Source: Bacteroidia bacterium
GTDB lineage: Bacteria > Bacteroidota > Bacteroidia > NS11-12g > UBA9320
Length of the DNA: 64,000 nucleotides
Direction: 5' to 3'
NCBI GenBank assembly: GCA_029268695.1
Contig: JAQWNJ010000019.1
Span: 7,199 to 71,198, forward strand
A program made the position numbers and the translations under genes. Positions 59,181-64,000 of the stretch are shown here, one piece after another. How positions within the stretch are numbered: the stretch's first letter is position 1; each line of letters begins with the position of its first letter. The notes below the pieces were generated by a model, which saw only the letters and a list, made by a program, of their open reading frames with translations, did not search any database and was not told the origin of the DNA.

Positions 59181-61877
59181 ATGGTTGGAAAGAAAAAGAC
59201 ATATCGAGTTAACAAGGTTGCTACAGAATTTAATGTAAGTTGGAAGACAATCATTGAACATTTGACTGAAAAAGGTTTTGAAGTAGAATCAAAAATAACT
59301 GCTAAGTTAGATGAAAGCATGTATCAAGATTTATTGAGCTTTTATCAAAAAGATAAACTAGCAAAAGAAGAATCTCAGCAATTAGAAATTAACATCCGAA
59401 AAGATGCTCAAACACAAGCAATCAAGGAAACCAAAAAACAAGAAGCTCCAAAGCCTGAAATAGTACCGGAGCCTACTATTTTTATTAAAGACACAACACT
59501 CGGATCTAAAAAAACTCAAGAAGAAGAAAAACCTAAACCAGTAAAAGAACCCGAAATTCCAGATAAGAAACCCGCTTCAAATATTAAAGAGGAAGAAGAA
59601 AGTTCGCTGAAGGTTGTTGGCAAAATTGAAATAAAAAAACCTACAAAATCGGTAAAAGAATCAAAACCAACCCCTGAGAAAAAGTCTACTAAACAAGTAA
59701 TCAAAAAAGAGGAGAAGGAAGAAAATCAAGAAGAAACAAAAGAGGTTGTAGAAACCGAATATAAAAAACTTGAAGGCACAAAAGTTTTGGGTAAGGTGGA
59801 GATTAAACCTCCAGTAAAAAGAACAAAAACTCCTCCTAAAGGTAAGGACGAGCCAAAGAAAAAACGCAAAAGAATTCGAGGCGAAAAAATAACTGCAGAT
59901 AAATTTCGATCGGACAGACAAAACAAAGCAGGTAACGATTCTAACAAAACTGAAGTTTCTGAAAAAGAGATTCAGGATAAAATTAAAAAAACACTCGCTC
60001 AGATGTCATCTGGCAAACAAACCCCTTCACATGGTGGGAAAGTCAGACAAAAAGCACGTAAGTTCAGAAGAGAAGAACATAAAAAGAAGTGGGAAGAAAA
60101 ACAGCTACAGGACATCATTGAGAGTAAAATACTAGATGTCACTGAATTTGTAACTGCAAATGACTTGGCTAATATGATGGATGTCAGTGTTAACGAAATT
60201 ATCGGTGCTTGTTTCTCTTTAGGAATGATGGTGTCAATCAACCAGCGTTTGGATGCAGAAACCATCCAAATTGTTGCTGAAGAATTTGGATATGAAATCA
60301 ACTTTGTTGATGCTGATGAAACAATCGAAATAGAGGAAGAAGAAGATAATCCAGAAGATCTTAAACCACGTCACCCAATTGTTACAGTTATGGGCCATGT
60401 TGACCATGGAAAGACTTCATTACTTGATCACATAAGAAAAGCCAATGTTATTGCTGGTGAAGCTGGTGGTATTACTCAACATGTAGCTGCTTATGAAGTT
60501 AAACTCAAAAGTGGTGATCGTATGACTTTTATTGATACTCCTGGTCACGAGGCTTTTACAGCTATGCGTGCCCGTGGTGCTCAGGTTACTGATATAGCAA
60601 TTATTGTCATTGCGGCGGATGATGCTGTTATGCCACAGACTAAAGAAGCAATTAGTCACGCACAAGCAGCTAATGTGCCGATTGTTTTTGCATTCAATAA
60701 AATTGATAAAGATGGAGCTAATCCTGACAAAGTGAGAGAAGCTTTATCTGCAATGAATATATTAGTTGAAGAATGGGGTGGTAAATTCCAAACTGCAGAA
60801 ATATCTGCTAAAAATGGTATCAATATTGATGAACTCCTAGAAAAAGTATCTCTTGAAGCTGAAATGTTAGAACTAAAGGCCAATCCTGACAAAAATGCTA
60901 AAGGAGGAGTCTTAGAAGCTAAAATAGAAAAAGGGCGAGGTGTTGTTGCCTCGATGCTTGTTCAAGAGGGTACACTTCGAGTGGGTGATGCTCTTGTGGC
61001 CGGCCAGCACTACGCAAGAGTCAAAGCCATGTTCAATGAGCGTGGTCAAAATGTTAAAGAAGCTGGACCAGCATCGCCTATATCTATTCTTGGTTTTTCT
61101 GCTGCACCTGCTGCTGGAGAGACTTTCCAAGTGATGGTTGATGAGTCAACAGCTAAAGAAATTGCAAATAAACGTGAGCAGTTGCAACGAGAGCAAGATA
61201 TTCGTTCAACATCAATGCTAACATTAGATACCATTGGTAAAAGATTAGCGATTGGCAATTTTCAAGAATTAAAATTGATTATCAAAGCGGATGTGGATGG
61301 TAGTTCTGAGGCACTTTCTGACTCTTTAATGAAACTATCTACTGAAGAGATTGAAGTAAAAATTATACAGAAATCTGTTGGACCAATTACCGATAACGAC
61401 ATCTTATTGGCTAAGGCGTCTGATGCCATTGTAATCGGTTTTCAAGTAAGACCAATGCCTTCAGCTAGAAAACTAGCTGAATCAGAAGGTGTTGAAATCA
61501 AGCAATATAGCATCATCTATAAAGCCATTGAAGAGATTAAATCTGCAATGGAAGGAATGTTAGTACCAGATCTTGAGGAAGAAATCACGGGTACAGCAGA
61601 AGTTAGAGAGGTGTTCAAAATATCAAAAGTTGGTATTGTTGCCGGATGTATGCAAACTGAGGGTAAAATGCTCCGAGACAATAAAGTTCGGCTTATCCGT
61701 GATGGTGTTGTTGTTTATACTGGAGAAATAGAAGCCTTAAAGCGATTTAAGGATGATGTAAAAGAGGTTGCTAAAGGATATGAATGTGGCATTCAAATTC
61801 GAAACTGTAACGATATACAAGAATTTGATTTAATAGAAGGCTTCAGAGAAGTAGAAGTTGCCAGAAAATTAAAGTAA
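59181..61877 (+). CDS. infB: Translation initiation factor IF-2
   Basis: [36 protein letters not shown]. Confidence 0.98.
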   Translation: MVGKKKTYRVNKVATEFNVSWKTIIEHLTEKGFEVESKITAKLDESMYQDLLSFYQKDKLAKEESQQLEINIRKDAQTQAIKETKKQEAPKPEIVPEPTIFIKDTTLGSKKTQEEEKPKPVKEPEIPDKKPASNIKEEEESSLKVVGKIEIKKPTKSVKESKPTPEKKSTKQVIKKEEKEENQEETKEVVETEYKKLEGTKVLGKVEIKPPVKRTKTPPKGKDEPKKKRKRIRGEKITADKFRSDRQNKAGNDSNKTEVSEKEIQDKIKKTLAQMSSGKQTPSHGGKVRQKARKFRREEHKKKWEEKQLQDIIESKILDVTEFVTANDLANMMDVSVNEIIGACFSLGMMVSINQRLDAETIQIVAEEFGYEINFVDADETIEIEEEEDNPEDLKPRHPIVTVMGHVDHGKTSLLDHIRKANVIAGEAGGITQHVAAYEVKLKSGDRMTFIDTPGHEAFTAMRARGAQVTDIAIIVIAADDAVMPQTKEAISHAQAANVPIVFAFNKIDKDGANPDKVREALSAMNILVEEWGGKFQTAEISAKNGINIDELLEKVSLEAEMLELKANPDKNAKGGVLEAKIEKGRGVVASMLVQEGTLRVGDALVAGQHYARVKAMFNERGQNVKEAGPASPISILGFSAAPAAGETFQVMVDESTAKEIANKREQLQREQDIRSTSMLTLDTIGKRLAIGNFQELKLIIKADVDGSSEALSDSLMKLSTEEIEVKIIQKSVGPITDNDILLAKASDAIVIGFQVRPMPSARKLAESEGVEIKQYSIIYKAIEEIKSAMEGMLVPDLEEEITGTAEVREVFKISKVGIVAGCMQTEGKMLRDNKVRLIRDGVVVYTGEIEALKRFKDDVKEVAKGYECGIQIRNCNDIQEFDLIEGFREVEVARKLK

Positions 61878-63611
61878 TCGCTCCTTCCTATTGATTTTGC
61901 AGTTTTCTATGGAATAGATCACATTACAAATTTCTAACTCTTCTTTATTGTGCGTAACAAAGATGGCAGTTTTACCTTCCTTTTTTAATGCTTTCATTGT
62001 CATCAATATCTCTGCCTTACTTTGTTCATCAAGATTATTAGATATCTCGTCAAAAAGAAAAATTTCTGAATCTTTATACAAAGCTCTAGCAATCGCAATC
62101 CGTTGACGTTGGCCACCACTTATTTGACTGCCCAGCTCACCAATAGACGTATGTATGCCATTTGGTAGACTATCTACCCAGTTTGCTAAATTTACCTTTT
62201 TCAGACATTCCTCAATTTTGGCTTTATTGGGGTTTGGATCTGCGAAGGCAATGTTCTTTAGAATTGAATCGTTTAATATAAAAACATCTTGATTAACATA
62301 TGAAAACAAGTACCGATAATTTGACATATTAGAGTAATCAACTGAAACCCCGTCGATTTTAAGTTTTCCTTTTTGTGCTATTAATAATGACGAAAGAAGA
62401 TGAAGTAACGTTGATTTACCTGAACCACTATCCCCTATCAAACCAATAAAATCTCCTTTAGATACAATCATAGACGCTGAACGTAAAATAGGGTCACAAC
62501 CTGAATAAAAAAAGTCTGCTTTGTAAAGTTCTACTTGGTGATTAAACTCCAATTGACTCCGTCTAATATTAATTTTATTATCTGCTTTATTAGCAATTAT
62601 ATAATCCAATACATGACTTCTAGATGATAAGGTGTTTGAAGATGTAATTATCCGATTAATACTCGGAAGAACTCTAAAAGAAACGGCAGCGTAAATTGAT
62701 ATATATGCTATAATACCTGAAGCTTCCAAACCAACATAAGTTCCATAAATTACTACACAAAGCAATCCCGCAATGGCAATTACTTCATAAGTTCTTACAG
62801 GTATGTAATTAGATTTTAAATAAACATTTCTTTTTAAGCCATAGACTCTATCTCTAACCTCTTGATAATTTTTTATAAAATATGACTCACTTTTCCATAA
62901 TTTAATAGTTGAAATCCCACGAGTCAAGTGATTGATGTTGTCATAAATTTTGGGAATCAATTGATGCTCCTCTTTACTCATCAACTCAATACTTTTTTTA
63001 TTGATATAAATTAATATCCCTGCTGTAGGCATAAGGATAATAAAGACAAATAGAAACAACCACGGTTGGTAAATTAACATCGCACTGAGCAAAATCGTCA
63101 CGATAAACCACTCAGAAATAAATAAAACACTTGATAATAAAATACTTTCGGAAAATTCAACGTAGCTCCCATAATATTATTCAATATATGGGTTGAATCT
63201 TTGAGAATTAAAATAAACTAGATCACGATTAATGAGGCCCTCGTAATAATCATTAGTTACTTGTGAATTTATCGCAAAAGAATACCTAATCCGCATCTTA
63301 CTAATTTGAATAAGTAGTATGTTTTTAATCACGTATAAAAGAAAAAGGCCTGCCGTCAAAAACAACATAAATAATTGAGGACTATTTATATTAATTGAAT
63401 CGTACAAATAGGCAGTAAAATGAAATTTTTCAATGAAATTAGGTTCAAATATTGCAAGGATTGTATAAAGTAATAAGGAAACACCAACTAGCTCTAATAT
63501 TGCATTTACAATACTTAGGAAGAGTATTAAAGAATATTTTTTTCTTGAGTCATCATCCAATATATGATTAAGTTTTCTTCTAATTTCAAAAATGAATTTC
63601 AATCCAATCAT
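61869..63611 (-). pseudogene. ABC exporter (TMD + NBD; PglK/MsbA-like glycan or lipid flippase), interrupted by an in-frame TAA at 63177-63179
   Basis: The two ORFs (63611-63177 and 63101-61869) share a frame; GDSGSGKST, ISGGQRQR, LFDE. May be a sequencing artefact rather than a true pseudogene. Confidence 0.7.
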
Positions 63612-64000
63612 AACACATATTCCAACAATTCCATTTCTATAATAACTGGAGTATAACCCGAAATCACATGATTGCCAGAGTCACCATATGCGAAATCAGA
63701 CGGCACAATAGCACGGAGACTCTCCCCTTCAGATAGTTTACTCGCTAAAAATCGAATTCCGCCAATAACTCCTTCATCAGAAGGATCAAAAATAAATGGA
63801 TCATCACTTTTTGTATAATAGATTACCTGTCCATTTATTTTTTTTAAGACATATTTTATTTTGGCCTTACTATATTTTGGTGATTGATTGATATTAGATT
63901 TAAGTTTTTCATAATAAATCAATGTTGAAGAATCGCGAATTCCATTCCATCGTTGATTATTTATAAATTTATCAATTTGATTGCTCTCAAATGCTTTTTT
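63608..64000 (-). CDS. FKBP-type peptidyl-prolyl isomerase (GldI-like), 5'-truncated by the window edge
   Basis: VIGG.......LSEGE...AIVPSDFAYG..G...ISGYTPVI.EMELL; the frame is open to the window end. Confidence 0.75.
   Translation of the reverse strand, partial: KKAFESNQIDKFINNQRWNGIRDSSTLIYYEKLKSNINQSPKYSKAKIKYVLKKINGQVIYYTKSDDPFIFDPSDEGVIGGIRFLASKLSEGESLRAIVPSDFAYGDSGNHVISGYTPVIIEMELLEYVL

Noticed and set aside
59400-60120. Low-complexity K/E/P-rich stretch as a repeat element
   Set aside because: It is the ordinary variable N-terminal linker of IF-2.
59057-61258. Numerous 60-125-aa antisense or alternate-frame ORFs over infB (likewise over prfA, feoB, purM, polA and others)
   Set aside because: They are shadow ORFs fully overlapping well-supported genes, with no motifs of their own.
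63177-63179. In-frame TAA in the ABC exporter as stop-codon reassignment or readthrough
   Set aside because: TAA is the normal stop for many genes in this window, and the shifted frame gives a more family-like sequence, so compensating indels explain it better.
1-64000. CRISPR array, prophage, transposon, or defence/toxin-antitoxin system
   Set aside because: No regularly spaced DNA repeats were seen, intergenic gaps are too short for an array, and no Cas, integrase, transposase, phage or nuclease motifs were recognised.

Overview
This is an AT-rich, very gene-dense core-chromosome segment from a Bacteroidota bacterium. The phylum call rests on TAnnTTTG '-7' promoters, an absence of obvious Shine-Dalgarno sites, gldAFG, T9SS cargo, GSIII, fused E1 alpha/beta, DUF2723, DUF2795 and DUF4271. 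It holds about 54 CDS and one tRNA-Val(TAC). Housekeeping genes include polA, tyrS, prfA, rimP-nusA-infB, rlmN, rlmB, purM, lpxH, nadK, dtd, hemW, hscA, feoAB and hppD. There are many envelope and T9SS genes. I saw no integrase, transposase, prophage, CRISPR or defence system, and I cannot support a large novel multi-gene system here. The best candidates for new biology are: (1) a PorE-like TPR/PD40/OmpA lipoprotein with an extra C-terminal retropepsin-like domain lacking the catalytic Asp; (2) an ABC exporter gene interrupted by what look like two compensating 1-nt indels; (3) a T9SS propeller/Ig-stalk adhesin translationally coupled to a contiguous gldA-gldF-gldG block; (4) several probably leaderless genes; (5) a non-CIRCE repeat motif upstream of hsp20; (6) DUF2723 as a candidate protein O-mannosyltransferase. 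All calls come from motif recognition by eye; no searches were run.
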